Part shown: positions 46,382 through 57,585 of the stretch, piece after piece | Layout: each line of letters begins with the position of its first letter | Position numbering within the stretch: position 1 is the first letter of the stretch | Source: Mayamaea pseudoterrestris | Lineage: Eukaryota | Direction of reading: 5' to 3' | Assembly: GCA_027923505.1 (NCBI GenBank) | Contig: BROI01000013.1 | Location: 372,001-436,000, forward strand | DNA: 64,000 bases | The notes under the pieces: generated by a model | Databases searched by the model: none | Seen by the model: the letters and a program-made list of their open reading frames with translations, nothing else | Told to the model about the DNA's origin: nothing | Position numbers and translations under genes: made by a program

Positions 46382-47359
46382 ATGGCGTTCATGCATGCTG
46401 TGCATGCACCATTTACATGGAGACGATCAGCTGCAATAAAACGTCTCTGTCTTGCTACTTTCATTTTTCTTGGGTCTCATTTGCGAAGCGCCAGTGCATT
46501 TATGCCGCTGTTTGCCGGTCGTGCGCGAACCATAATTCGCACGCAACAACTGGCTTCATCGAAATGGATCATGGCCGATCCTCCATTTCTTGCCGTTATA
46601 ACCGAAACCTCGGCATGTGACAGTCGCGATCAGTTGGATCATACGCTGGAAGCATTGACCAAGGCAGTCTCGACGAAGCAGGTTGATTTGGTCAGCATTC
46701 GATTGACTCGATTGCCAAAGGACAACAATGAACATGCCGGCCAGCATGATCGAGTGGTTGAGCTCGCACGACGCTTGATGCGGCTTACTGCAATGTATGA
46801 TTTTCGACTGGTTGTTTCAAGTGATTGGGTGGATGCTGGTGCACAAGCTGGTGTAGATGGCGTGCATGTCAAGGAGGCACAGTGGCCAAGCATGATTCCA
46901 GAGATTCAACGCAAGTTTGACATCGCTGGTGTTCGTCCGTCTTCAGACTTGCTGTTTGGCACATCCACGCATAGCTTGGAATCTGCCACTCGCGCCATGG
47001 AATCAACGATCCGTCCAAACTACTTGTTTGTGGGAACCTGCTACAAGACTGCGTCACATCCAGAGAAGCACGTGTTAGAAGGTCCCAAACTACCGGGGCA
47101 GGTCGCTCGAAGACTTGACGAGCTAGCGGGCATTGATCGCCCCAAAGTGTTTGCGATTGGAGGCATTGACGAGGAAAACTGCAACGAGCCGGTGCAAGTT
47201 TTTGGGGCAGACGGAGTGGCAGTGATTCGAGCAGTGTCGGAAGCCGATAACCCTGCCGAAGCAGTGATGCGTCTCAAAGCTGTCATGGCAGGGAGTAGCC
47301 AAGATATGGCCACTTCCGGACTTAGAGACAATCATCGTTGGCCCCCTGACTGTGTTTGA
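46382..47359 (+). CDS. ThiE/TenI-family (thiamine-phosphate synthase-like) protein, plastid-targeted
   Basis: DGVHV, GTSTHS, YLFVG..TASHP, FAIGGID, GADGVAVI; SASA-FMP presequence. Confidence 0.8.
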   Translation: MAFMHAVHAPFTWRRSAAIKRLCLATFIFLGSHLRSASAFMPLFAGRARTIIRTQQLASSKWIMADPPFLAVITETSACDSRDQLDHTLEALTKAVSTKQVDLVSIRLTRLPKDNNEHAGQHDRVVELARRLMRLTAMYDFRLVVSSDWVDAGAQAGVDGVHVKEAQWPSMIPEIQRKFDIAGVRPSSDLLFGTSTHSLESATRAMESTIRPNYLFVGTCYKTASHPEKHVLEGPKLPGQVARRLDELAGIDRPKVFAIGGIDEENCNEPVQVFGADGVAVIRAVSEADNPAEAVMRLKAVMAGSSQDMATSGLRDNHRWPPDCV

Positions 47360-48073
47360 CTACCGGTAGTGACTTAGGTACGCTTGTCTACATTGATTTA
47401 CTGTATCAGAAAGAACAACGTATCATTCACTGTCAGAAGCATTATTCTGCGCCCCAGCAAATGTCTTTCATGTTCACTAAGGATGCCTCTATTAGCATCG
47501 TCCAAACTGTTTTTAAAGTACTAAAGTACCGTAGTAAAGTGTGCTGGATGCAAGACGGTCCTCGTAGGGGTAGCTCTCGTCGTACCAGCACTGCATTCTT
47601 GAGGGGCAATATAGTTTGGCCGGGCTCATCATAAGTCACCAAGTCTTAAGCCTGTCAAGGGCATATGTATTCATTTCTCCGCCATTCGTTGACGGTCGTC
47701 ATGACGCGGAAAACGGCACGGTTTTCATGAAAGAAAGGTGCGAACGAGTCACTCCCACGTAGTCGGCTCGATCGGTTTCCAACGGGATTAGCAGCTTTAT
47801 TGGCGCTCTAAAGCATTCATTTGACCCCAAGTGTAATATTACTAAGTGTAGTATATCGTCTTTAGAGAAGGAAACCATAGTTTGAACTGCTACCAGAAGC
47901 GCCGTTGGCAATCGACTTGGGCTTTGGGCGTAATCATCTCATTCTGTGCAGTATTGGCGGCACCCTGCACAGTAATCCACCGAGGTTTTCACGCGACCTT
48001 GCCGTGAACTTGCGAATCGACGACTGACCCGTCCAGTCACTGCTGCTGGGAAAGACATATAGGCCACTCTACC

Positions 48074-50005
48074 ATGGCGGGAGGAGAGTGCTGTGCAGAG
48101 CCTTTCTCGCCGACGGTACCGCAGCACGAGCAGGCCGAAACAATAAACAACAACACCAATATGACCATGAACCGGACATTCTCACGGCGAGCAAATGGCC
48201 CAGGCCAGTATTGTTGTCAAGAACCGTGTTCCACTTGCGCCAAACTTCCATTGAAATATCGCCGAGGACATCTGAGTAGCATGTCGATTCGCGATGGACG
48301 CGAGCTGCTGCAATATTTTGACGCCGGCTACTTTGAGCTCATGCTCCAGGAGGACAGACGCAAGAAGGAGGAACCTCAAGTCGATAGTCAAGCAGCCACT
48401 ATTGCTTCCGACAAGGCGCAAAAGCATTTACGAAGGTTGCAGCGAGACTTGGCCGACATGGGCTTGATTCGAAAGCCAGATCAACGATTCACGGGCGAGA
48501 GCGATCAAGCTCGATTGATGGCACCCTTTTGCAAGGAGGAAATTGTCTTTGGACACAAAATTGGAACGGGAGGTTTCTCTGCTGTATATGAAATAGAAGC
48601 TTTTCGAATTGACAAGAATATTCGCGGTCAAGGAGGCGAGAGTAATCAATACGACCTTGAGGAAGCTGCTCGGGAATATTTGCAAAAGCATGTGCGACGA
48701 AAACCTCCGCAGCAATACGAGTCGAGTAGAATTGGTGCTACGAAACAGCAGAGGCATCGAAAACAGGTTCCGCAAACATCACTTGCTAGTTACGCCGTCA
48801 AACATTTGAAGAATTCTCTTGCCAGCGATCCAGACAAGTATCAAAAGGCAGCTGTCGATCTTGCGCTGGAGGGACAACTATTGCTGGTACTGGACCATCC
48901 TCACATTATCAGTCTTCGCGGATGGGCCCGAGACGGAACGAAAGCGTTTGCAGGAGGTTCTCCGTCCGACTACTTTTTGATTCTAGATCGCCTGCCGGAA
49001 ATACTGGACGAGCGCATTTTCATTTGGAGAGAGTCGCTGCTCAAGTACAAGTGCCGACAAAAGGTCCCGTGGCTTCGCAACAAATTCTCCGTCAAGATCA
49101 AGCAGCTGTTCATTGACCGCATTCACGTTGCTCATGATGTCGCCTCAGCAATCGAGTACATGCATGACCGACGGATCATTAACCGCGACTTGAAGGCATC
49201 CAACATTGGCTTTGACCTGAATGGTGAGGTCAAGATCTTTGACCTTGGATTGTCGCGGCTTTTGCCCCACGAAAAGTACAAGACGGATGACGGCTACGTC
49301 ATGAGCCGGGTCGGAACCAAGGCCACCATGGCGCCGGAGGTTCGGCGAAAGCAGCCGTACGATACTTCGGCAGACGTTTACTCGTTCGGTATTGTTCTCT
49401 GGGAGATTCTCATGCTTTCCACGTCGACCGACTATTTGCGAAGCTTGAAGAAGGAAGTCAGAAAGCGATTGGAAGGAGACGATGACGAGGAGACGAGCGA
49501 TGAGGATTACTTGCCGCTTCCAGTATGTTTATGCTGGCCCAAGGCGATGCAAGCGCTCGTCCGGCAGTGTCTCATGTACGACCCCAGGGAACGGCCCACA
49601 ATGTGCCATGCTCGCCGCGTCCTTTGCAACCAAATGGAAGGACTTGGCGTACGAATGCTTGGCGGCAGGGGCGGCCAAACTGCCAGACGCTCCACCTTTC
49701 GGGTAGACTTGAGCAAGTTCGACATGGATGAGTTTTCGCGCACGAGCATTGACACATCTTTACGAGAGCCCTTGTCGTCGACGGACTTTCGGCTTCTTCC
49801 TACAAGCTCCAGCAACCAATCCAATCGTCAGAACAATGCTGGTTCTCGACGCAAACTTTGCACGAGTCCAGAAGATAATGGCACAGTCGCTACTGCTCAG
49901 AGTGGCGACGCAAAGCTAGACGACACGCCAGTGCCCATTTCCATTCTTCCTCCGGATTGCATGACCGATACATTGTCCGACTCTCCCAAACTATCGACTG
50001 GGTAG
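48074..50005 (+). CDS. Protein kinase (TKL-like, diatom-expanded type)
   Basis: IGTGGFSAVY, YAVK, INRDLKASN, IFDLG, MAPE, DVYSFG, ERP. Confidence 0.9.
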   Translation: MAGGECCAEPFSPTVPQHEQAETINNNTNMTMNRTFSRRANGPGQYCCQEPCSTCAKLPLKYRRGHLSSMSIRDGRELLQYFDAGYFELMLQEDRRKKEEPQVDSQAATIASDKAQKHLRRLQRDLADMGLIRKPDQRFTGESDQARLMAPFCKEEIVFGHKIGTGGFSAVYEIEAFRIDKNIRGQGGESNQYDLEEAAREYLQKHVRRKPPQQYESSRIGATKQQRHRKQVPQTSLASYAVKHLKNSLASDPDKYQKAAVDLALEGQLLLVLDHPHIISLRGWARDGTKAFAGGSPSDYFLILDRLPEILDERIFIWRESLLKYKCRQKVPWLRNKFSVKIKQLFIDRIHVAHDVASAIEYMHDRRIINRDLKASNIGFDLNGEVKIFDLGLSRLLPHEKYKTDDGYVMSRVGTKATMAPEVRRKQPYDTSADVYSFGIVLWEILMLSTSTDYLRSLKKEVRKRLEGDDDEETSDEDYLPLPVCLCWPKAMQALVRQCLMYDPRERPTMCHARRVLCNQMEGLGVRMLGGRGGQTARRSTFRVDLSKFDMDEFSRTSIDTSLREPLSSTDFRLLPTSSSNQSNRQNNAGSRRKLCTSPEDNGTVATAQSGDAKLDDTPVPISILPPDCMTDTLSDSPKLSTG

Positions 50006-50092
50006 AGTTTGGCACATATACTTTAGCAAATCATAATATTTAGAGTGTAAAATATGTATAAGCCTTCTTTGTTATGTTATCAGTAAAAGCTC

Positions 50093-50775
50093 TTACTGCC
50101 AACTTGCTGCTCCATCAGTAGTACTGCTTTCACTTGCATGTATTTTGATTTTTGGCTGTTCATTCACCAGAGCCAAAAAGGGCGTCCACACTCCTTGAAT
50201 TGAAGGCGTATCTGTTAAGACCGGTGTTGTAATCTTGGTAATCTTGCGTCCACTCCGTGAATGTAGCATGTCAAGTACGTCCTGAATGTCCTTTTGGGTT
50301 TCATAATTCTTGACAGTCACTTGATGTTGTATCGTCGAGCATGTCTTGTAGTTTCCTTGGACGAATGGATGCTTTCCGTTACGTGGAGACAGTGATACTT
50401 CGACTGCGCGTAAGTTGCAGACATACGAATGTTAGCAAAATTGTTTGTCGACGAATCTGTGTATACTTGCTCACTCTAGATGAATCGAAAGTGGCAAGCT
50501 GTTGGTATACAACGCCAATTCTTGTATCCTCCGCGAGTGACGGCCACGACCATGAATCAAAGATTCGCGTCGTCAAAGTAAACAGAGGATTGAAAGATGC
50601 AAACAATTGCTCGCACTGTACCGGTAGCTTTGCTTCACTCACCATGCGGATGATCGGATGCCCATTTCGACAAACGTCCTGATGCAATAAATTTGCGAAG
50701 CATTGTACTCGATCCTCCATGCTCGCAGTAGTAGACGCTCAGCTTTTGTAGCTGAAATATGCCTCGAGTTGCCAT
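50093..50775 (-). CDS. MRPL43: Mitochondrial ribosomal protein mL43; exons 50643..50775, 50093..50403
   Basis: Spliced translation MATRGIFQLQKLSVYYCEHGGSS..HPH-VEV..RNGKHPFVQGNY..SRSGRK..PSIQGVWTP; 239-bp GTGAGT..CAG intron. Confidence 0.88.
50455..50590 (-). ncRNA. Candidate intronic box H/ACA snoRNA
   Basis: Hairpin 1 closed by AUCCUCUG/CGGAGGAU, followed immediately by H box ACAAGA; hairpin 2 (GUAUAC/GUAUAC, CUUGC/GCAAG, CACUUU/AGAGUG); then ACA plus 3 nt. About 136 nt, sense to the host intron. Confidence 0.65.
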
Positions 50776-51110
50776 GGTTTGTATGTATTAGAAATGCAAG
50801 AGATTGAACAGCTTGCAATGGTAAATCCGTCATGGTCGAAGGCGCGCTTCGTGTGGCCGTCAATAGACGCTGAATGTCGCACCACGACTGCTCAAAAGTT
50901 CGTTTCCAAGACTGGAATGCGTCACGCGCTTTCATGCGTTGACCATGATGGCGCCTCCGTGCCTCCGTCAAACGACGTCGCGCCGCTTTTATCGAGCACG
51001 GCAAAGCGATTGAACTGGCGACTGGCGAACAAACAAAGGCCGCTTGCAATCAAACTGCAGATACTTTGCGACTAAAACCTATACTACACAGCAATTAGCG
51101 AAACAGCTTG

Positions 51111-52116
51111 ATGAGCTTTTCCGATTTCAGTTCGAGCAAGCGAGCGGCGAACGCTCCTCAGCAAGCTCCCAATTCTGGCGGATTCTCAGCGCGAGGCAGT
51201 GATGTACTTTCGCAAATAAGCGACGTATTGCTGCAGTATCAGGTAAATTGAGGAACATTATGCGGTTGTCGCAAAATTAATGAATACATACGGCTCGTGC
51301 GAATGAGTCTTATTTGCACCGCATCACCAAAGCCCCTCCGCTCACCTCCTTTGACTTTATATTACAATCTATGTTACAGCGCAACGTTGGTATACTAGAA
51401 AAGATTGTTCAATCATTATCTTCCTTGCGCTCCGACGAGGAACTTGCTCTCCAATACAAGGCGCAAGTTGACGTCATTGGACAATTGCAGGAGAAACTGA
51501 CACGCTTGCTGCAGCAAACCAAAAAGTCTAGTTCGACGCAGCAAATGGCAGCCGTCGTCAAGCTGCAGCGCGACTTTGAACGAGTGCAGGCGCGCGCATT
51601 GGCCTTGCAGCAAACGGCTGCCAAGCTCCAGCTCCAGGCGACGAGTAGACGAACTGCAACGGTTGTCTCCAGCAGCAGCACGAAGAGCGTTTCGCAAAAT
51701 GGCAATGTGCAGCAAGTTGACTCTTATCAGCAAATACAAGTGCAGCTTCAACATGATGTAAGTCTAAACTAGGATGTTTTTTGGCTTGGTGTGGAAACGA
51801 TTGGCTACAGACCTTGTCGAGATGTGATGAAAGAAGGTGATGTGCTCACATTGCAACACGCTATATTTCTTTTCAACAGCGACTCCAGGAAGAGATTATG
51901 CGCGAGCGGGAGGAGGAGATTCGCAACATTAACCGGGGCATGCATACCGTCAATGAGATTTACAAGGACTTGGCACATATTGTAGGCTCCCAGCAGGAAG
52001 ATATTGATCGAATCGAAACGCAAATGGAGGATGCCAATGCCAATGCGCAGTCGGGTCTCAAGCAAGTGGAAAAGGCGAATGAAAAGTATGGACAGGCAAA
52101 TTGTCTTATATCGTAG
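51111..52116 (+). CDS. Syntaxin-7/Pep12-like Qa-SNARE lacking a TM domain and ending in CaaX (CLIS); join(51111..51242,51380..51757,51880..52116)
   Basis: MSFSDF start, Habc KLQRDF, SNARE motif EREEEIRNI..VNEIYKDLAHIVGSQQEDIDRIE; two in-frame introns. Confidence 0.85.
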
Positions 52117-52164
52117 CAAATCATTAGGAGATTTTGTAAAAGCAATAATACAAGCTATGTCTAG

Positions 52165-53124
52165 TTAGTCAAACGTGACTTTTGTTCCTTGGAACGTGAC
52201 AATCCCTTCCTTTTTCGACTTTTGCGCCGCCCAAGATGGATGCAGCTTCTCGTCCGACACTTTTTGATTGATTGATCCTCGATGTTGAGGTTTGTCGTTT
52301 CTATTGAACGCCTTGTCGCGTCCATCGGAACCAGAATTCAAAGGCGCATGCGAATGCGAATCATGAGCGTCTACCCTCGGCTTTGTCTCTCTCCAATTCA
52401 ACGACTTTTCCGGTGCAGGCAAACCCTTTTCCTTGGCTGCGATCGCAGCTGCTTTTGCTTTCCGAGCTCTTTGGCCTTGCCGATTTTTCTTCACGGCTGG
52501 CACGGCCGGACCGTCAGGTTCATCACTATCAACAGCACCAAGCTGAACAAACATGCTACTCGAAACATTGCCCTGATCACTTCGTTCTCGTTGTTGCAGT
52601 ATTTCTGTCTTGTCATTCTTGCTTAGCTTCTTTCGCTTGACATTGTGCTCTCCTCGTTCGTCTTCATCTTGACGTTCTAGTCGTTTCAAGCACCATTTTC
52701 GAAAGTCCGTCGCCTGTTCGCTCCAACTTTCCATAGATTGCTGCATGCGCTTGTGTTCCAATAGCTTCTCAACCCACTTGTCGTTGCTAGCATCGTTACT
52801 CTCGTGTTTTGGCGGTTCATAGCCATTTGGGTTCAGCTGCGAGACACCAATGCGACGTAAGCATTTGTCTAGCACGGGTTCAATGGACATTTGTTTCAGC
52901 GTCTCATACGTTTGCTGCATCTTTTCAACTGACTGCTTTTCTTCGGTCGCCTTTATCTTTCGAATTAGTTTCTGACATTCAAACGACTTGCAGACTTTGA
53001 GCTGCTTCGACAAGTCTTTGCGACACTGGTGAATGAGTCGGTCATAGTAGTCTTGCTCCGGCGATGGACGAGCACTTGCTGTAGTTTCCTCATTACGCAA
53101 GCGTTTGCGCTTCTCGTTTGGCAT
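52165..53124 (-). CDS. BUD22: BUD22/SRFBP1-family ribosome biogenesis protein
   Basis: KKNRQGQRAR, LHPSWAA, terminal FQGTKVTFD. Confidence 0.85.
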   Translation of the reverse strand: MPNEKRKRLRNEETTASARPSPEQDYYDRLIHQCRKDLSKQLKVCKSFECQKLIRKIKATEEKQSVEKMQQTYETLKQMSIEPVLDKCLRRIGVSQLNPNGYEPPKHESNDASNDKWVEKLLEHKRMQQSMESWSEQATDFRKWCLKRLERQDEDERGEHNVKRKKLSKNDKTEILQQRERSDQGNVSSSMFVQLGAVDSDEPDGPAVPAVKKNRQGQRARKAKAAAIAAKEKGLPAPEKSLNWRETKPRVDAHDSHSHAPLNSGSDGRDKAFNRNDKPQHRGSINQKVSDEKLHPSWAAQKSKKEGIVTFQGTKVTFD

Positions 53125-53486
53125 CCTCGACCTTTTTATGAGAGTCTTTCCCTCCAGAACGAATGCGAGATGAAAGTAAAACGCGGACGGTCGATTTTCG
53201 TGGTGCAGCGTGACGAGTCTTAACGGGACTGACAGCTAATTAATGTGCAACGATGTCGCAGCGGCTCATTCAGCAAGCCGGGCGGGTCCATGTTGGTCGA
53301 TGACCGATGAAGAATCGCTTCACTGGTCAAAACATTGAAGTCGACGAAGAAGGCCCACACATCATGACTTAGTGTGGCAATCATGGCATATCGATCATGT
53401 ACAAAACCGATTAATCGCCATGCAAATATTTGGGTCGAGAGTTGCTCCTCCTTCCGTCATCTACCATCCCATAGTTCGCACGTCGA

Positions 53487-54761
53487 ATGGCAACTGTCAT
53501 CAAGTGTTGTCGACGTTCGTCATTTGCCATGACCCATCATGGACATCGCAAAAACTCGTGCATTGCTTTGTGCGTCGTTTACATGGCTTCACAGCTGGTT
53601 ATAATCTCGACGATTGTTATCTCGTCAATGAAGCAACGCGAGCTCTCGCTCGTGTACGAGTCAGTCCATGACATCTTACTTCCCGAGACGCTATTATTTG
53701 GCCAAATTCCAAACACAGCGAGTCACTCTCAAGCACATGTTATAACAATCAAGCCAACACGAGAACTGCTCCAATCTAGGGGCAAGCGCATTAGTGAACA
53801 CAAAGAGTCTAGGCTTGAGCCTCTTCACGCTGTACACTCTTTGAGCCGCCCAACACATCAATTACTCCAGGCGAAGCTAAAACAACTTGGCCGCGACAGC
53901 GAGCCTAGACTTGAGCCTCCTCATACTCCGGGAGCATTTCTTCACGTCGGCAAGACTGGAGGATCAACCGTCAGCCAACAACTTGTCAATGGCTGCCATG
54001 CATTCGTTACCAAGCCATGTCACATGGACGTCAAGAATGAATCGTACATGTCAAAGCTCACAACATATATACATACGCCTGACTTTAAAAGACTTGGCAG
54101 CAAGCCCGACTACGTATTTGATTTTTACGTTGCGACATTGAGAGATCCGCTGACGCGATTCATCAGTGCTTTTGTCTTTATGCACCCGCAAAACAAGCTC
54201 GAGTCGGAGCAGCGATTTTATAGAAGGCTTGAAGACGTTTACAAATGCTTTCCAACCATTGAGACATTCACGGAAGCGCTAGGAGACTACAACTTTCGAG
54301 AAATGGCAAGGGCAGGCAACTGCACCATGCTTGCCCGAGACATTTTGTCGAATCGATTTCGCGACGCTCACCACTTTTACTACGACACCAAGTTCATCTT
54401 GAAGAAGTTACCGCCAGAATCTCCGCTATTGGTGATCCGCAACGAGCACCTGTGGCATGACTGGGTCAGCGCGAACCAATGGCTGGGCCAAGAATCCGTT
54501 GCAACCTTCCCAGATGCTGCTGTGCGAGACTACTCCAATAGAACTTTATCTGTCAGCAAGCAATTGTCCAATCTTGGCCGACAAAGGCTTTGCAGAGGGC
54601 TAGAGCGGGAGTACCAAGCGTACTGGCAACTGATCGAATTGGCCGTCAACTTGTCACCGCAAGAAAAGATTGCGTCGTTTGAACTAGCGAGACAGTCTTG
54701 TCCAGACCTTCAATCTCTTGGTCATGCCAAATATCAAGCGCTAGTGACAGCTACAGTCTAA
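53487..54761 (+). CDS. Type II membrane sulfotransferase-like protein
   Basis: N-terminal TM; PAPS-binding-like FLHVGKTGGST and LRDPLTRFISAF. Confidence 0.75.
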   Translation: MATVIKCCRRSSFAMTHHGHRKNSCIALCVVYMASQLVIISTIVISSMKQRELSLVYESVHDILLPETLLFGQIPNTASHSQAHVITIKPTRELLQSRGKRISEHKESRLEPLHAVHSLSRPTHQLLQAKLKQLGRDSEPRLEPPHTPGAFLHVGKTGGSTVSQQLVNGCHAFVTKPCHMDVKNESYMSKLTTYIHTPDFKRLGSKPDYVFDFYVATLRDPLTRFISAFVFMHPQNKLESEQRFYRRLEDVYKCFPTIETFTEALGDYNFREMARAGNCTMLARDILSNRFRDAHHFYYDTKFILKKLPPESPLLVIRNEHLWHDWVSANQWLGQESVATFPDAAVRDYSNRTLSVSKQLSNLGRQRLCRGLEREYQAYWQLIELAVNLSPQEKIASFELARQSCPDLQSLGHAKYQALVTATV

Positions 54762-54834
54762 AAAAGTTGGTATATAATCGCAATGATCGATTCGTAAATA
54801 TTTTAGCGACTGAAAGGAACTCCCAATGTAGTTG

Positions 54835-55788
54835 CTACTGTGTCGTAGCGACAATTTTTTCCGTTCGAGCGGGAACCCCAGTCAATCGATCATGGGTCGG
54901 AAGATTATAGGTTGCAAAGTGTTCTGGAGGCGGATCAAAGAATGTAACATGCTTGTTCGTATGTCGGCCTTTTAACGAACCGTGCAAATCGGCCCACCAA
55001 TCCCAACCACCGCGTTCCATGATTCCAATGAACCATGGACTCCACAACAAGCCTGGGTCCTTCATCATTGCTTGCAACTCGGCCATCGTCACATACTTGT
55101 AATCGCTCACTTCCTCTGGATTTGCCTGGATTGGTAGTGCATCGTCGTCACGTTGCTGCTGGTAAAAAAGAATGTAGTCCACTTCATGCTCGCCCCAAGG
55201 TGGATTGCTTGCTCCGTACGTTTTCGTATCTGCAGCCCAGTAGTGAAACCTAGTAATGAATTGTATTTTCTCATGTTTGATGAATGGCAATGGTATCCCA
55301 AGTTCATGCTGACATTTGCGAATCGCAGCGTGCTTGATTCCAGGAAAGCTCGGATAAGCTGTATTGTCATCCACTTCGTCTGGCGTCATTCCAAACAGCG
55401 GATGACTGCAACATGTATTCGTCCATACCGATGGAAAGGTAATTTTTGAATTGGCTCTTTGTGTTAGCAGCAAGCGACCTTCGTGGTCGAATACAAACAA
55501 GGAAAATGCTCGATGCAAAAAGGCTCGTGGAGTCGTTGCGCTAAACGAGTGCCCTTCCTTTTTGGAGAGGTTCATACCGGACACTATATGATCATTCTCG
55601 TCAACAGGAATGAGAAGATCAGACTCCATCATGGCTTGTTGACTCAAACCCTCCCCATAGGTTGACATGTATCGCGGAATCAAAAGCCGATCCGCCCATT
55701 GTCTTGTGCGTGATCGAAGCGGCGGTGCAAAAGCTCGAAGTGTACCGGCACGTAGCGCCATACTAGCGTATAAGAAGCTGCGGTTCAT
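54835..55788 (-). CDS. IDI1: Isopentenyl-diphosphate delta-isomerase type 1, plastid-targeted
   Basis: [49 protein letters not shown] presequence. Confidence 0.93.
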   Translation of the reverse strand: MNRSFLYASMALRAGTLRAFAPPLRSRTRQWADRLLIPRYMSTYGEGLSQQAMMESDLLIPVDENDHIVSGMNLSKKEGHSFSATTPRAFLHRAFSLFVFDHEGRLLLTQRANSKITFPSVWTNTCCSHPLFGMTPDEVDDNTAYPSFPGIKHAAIRKCQHELGIPLPFIKHEKIQFITRFHYWAADTKTYGASNPPWGEHEVDYILFYQQQRDDDALPIQANPEEVSDYKYVTMAELQAMMKDPGLLWSPWFIGIMERGGWDWWADLHGSLKGRHTNKHVTFFDPPPEHFATYNLPTHDRLTGVPARTEKIVATTQ

Positions 55789-56084
55789 TTGTGTGCAAGT
55801 CCGATAGCAAAGCTTGACCTAATATGCGTCTCTTTTTCTTGATGCCATGGTGACAGTAATGGTCGTCGACGGTCGATCACGCGCAACCGAATTTGAGAAC
55901 CGCTGCGCCGCTTTTTGAAGTTTCTGCGGGCCCGGCTCGCACGAGCGCCGGTCGGCCGTAAGTATCGCAAAAACATCTTCGCCCGACTGAAGATTGGCGT
56001 TGACCTTGTCTCAACCTTTCATCCCGCTTCATTCAACGACACTCCGTCATCCGCAAGTGTTCCAATCTCACGCAAACATGCAGG

Positions 56085-57335
56085 ATGAGCTTTCGAGATG
56101 TGCCGATCGTGTCGAGCGCTCACGCGACGACGTTGCATGGAGCGAAACGTCGAGCAATACTTCCTCGCGTCATTCTTCAAGAACCATCGTCAAGCGATGA
56201 GGAAGAACCCATCATGTCTGACAATGGATACAGCTTTCACGAGCGCTACAATCAGCCATTCATTCTGCATAGCCACGGAAGGAACTCGAAGGATACAAGC
56301 TTTGACGACGCAGATCCGTTTCTTTCTATACGAGCGTTGCTTCACGACGAGTCGGATTGCTTTTTAGTTTCAAAAAGCCAAAATCAGCTCATCTACAAAC
56401 TGGACGATCTCCAAAAGCTTGTCAATGATCTAGATGTATGTCTCCGCGAGGCACAGACGCCAGAGACAGCATGGCGTTTCAAAATACTTGGCAGAACAGC
56501 CAAGGATGCCGACCAAGAACTTTGGCAGAATATGCAGGATGGCTATCGAGCAGCAAAGCAAAAGGGTGACAAGTCTGCACAAGATACGATAAGGATGATT
56601 TTACGCGATTGGGCACGAATTCACAAGACTTTACTTGCGACGTTGCGGTCGAAAGGTGCAGACTCAATGGTGCGAATGCGAACGGACGACAGCGACAAGT
56701 GCCGACCGCGTCGAATTTCGAAAAGTCCCAATGCATCACCTGAAAGAAGCGATGATTATTTTGATAAGGTGTCTCGACAAGCCGACATTGACAAGGTCCA
56801 AGAAAAGATGCATATCGTACACGACATTTACAGGGATCTGGCGCTGCTCGTTGACCAGCAGCAAGATCACATCGACACGCTTAATGACAATGTAGTAGAT
56901 GCCAAAATCATGGCCGAGGCGGCTGTCGACGAAGTTGCATGTTATGCGACAAGAAACAACTTTGTGGACGACCCATGCGGTGCCATGACGACCAGCGCGG
57001 ATCGTATCACATTGGATGACGACGACGATGGCGAGATGGATTGGTATGAATCCTTCATCAGCTACTTTGACTGCCAATCCTTGGTCGCGCCATTTCAGCC
57101 GCAAGAGAAAGTCTACGAAGTCGAGGTTATTTGCGAGAATGATGATAGTGCTGTTGAGATCCAACATGTCTATCCGCCCATTCAAGACAACGCTCCACCA
57201 CCGACTACAACACCCTGGCTGAACCACCTGCAGACACTCCCTGGCGACATTGTTTCGATTGGAACGAGTCTGCTCGAATATGAAAGTCCTATGGCATGCC
57301 ACGCGTCGCAATCTGCCGAAATTAAATTATGGTAG
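56085..57335 (+). CDS. Divergent syntaxin-like protein with t-SNARE motif, no TM and a long C-terminal extension
   Basis: MSFRD start; RQADIDKVQEKMHIVHDIYRDLALLVDQQQDHIDTL resembles a Qa SNARE motif; ~120-aa hydrophilic tail. Confidence 0.65.
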   Translation: MSFRDVPIVSSAHATTLHGAKRRAILPRVILQEPSSSDEEEPIMSDNGYSFHERYNQPFILHSHGRNSKDTSFDDADPFLSIRALLHDESDCFLVSKSQNQLIYKLDDLQKLVNDLDVCLREAQTPETAWRFKILGRTAKDADQELWQNMQDGYRAAKQKGDKSAQDTIRMILRDWARIHKTLLATLRSKGADSMVRMRTDDSDKCRPRRISKSPNASPERSDDYFDKVSRQADIDKVQEKMHIVHDIYRDLALLVDQQQDHIDTLNDNVVDAKIMAEAAVDEVACYATRNNFVDDPCGAMTTSADRITLDDDDDGEMDWYESFISYFDCQSLVAPFQPQEKVYEVEVICENDDSAVEIQHVYPPIQDNAPPPTTTPWLNHLQTLPGDIVSIGTSLLEYESPMACHASQSAEIKLW

Positions 57336-57585
57336 GATGATAACTTACGCGCATTAAATACAATGAATAAGAAAGCTGTCGAAAGTATTCGCCGATCGGG
57401 TATCACTCGTATACGGTTAAGCTTTATCGCGCCATGATGCACGTGCTAAAGAAAACAAACATATGTATCAAAGATTGCTTTGCAACGTTCTAGGTCGGCA
57501 CAAGTACGACCTGTCATTTTCAAGAGACTAAACCCATCATTATATCGTACCCATCGGTCCAAATCGTCTTCATACTCCAAGCATC

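Noticed and set aside
47360..47700. TPP riboswitch or other ncRNA downstream of the ThiE-like gene (hairpin GTGCTGG/CCAGCAC, 47541-47591)
   Set aside because: No CUGAGA or CCUGAU motifs; a 7-bp stem alone is expected by chance.
50379..51049. ORFs 50639..51049 and 50379..50720 as genes or a frameshifted pseudogene
   Set aside because: The region is explained by spliced MRPL43 in another frame, its intron and its promoter.
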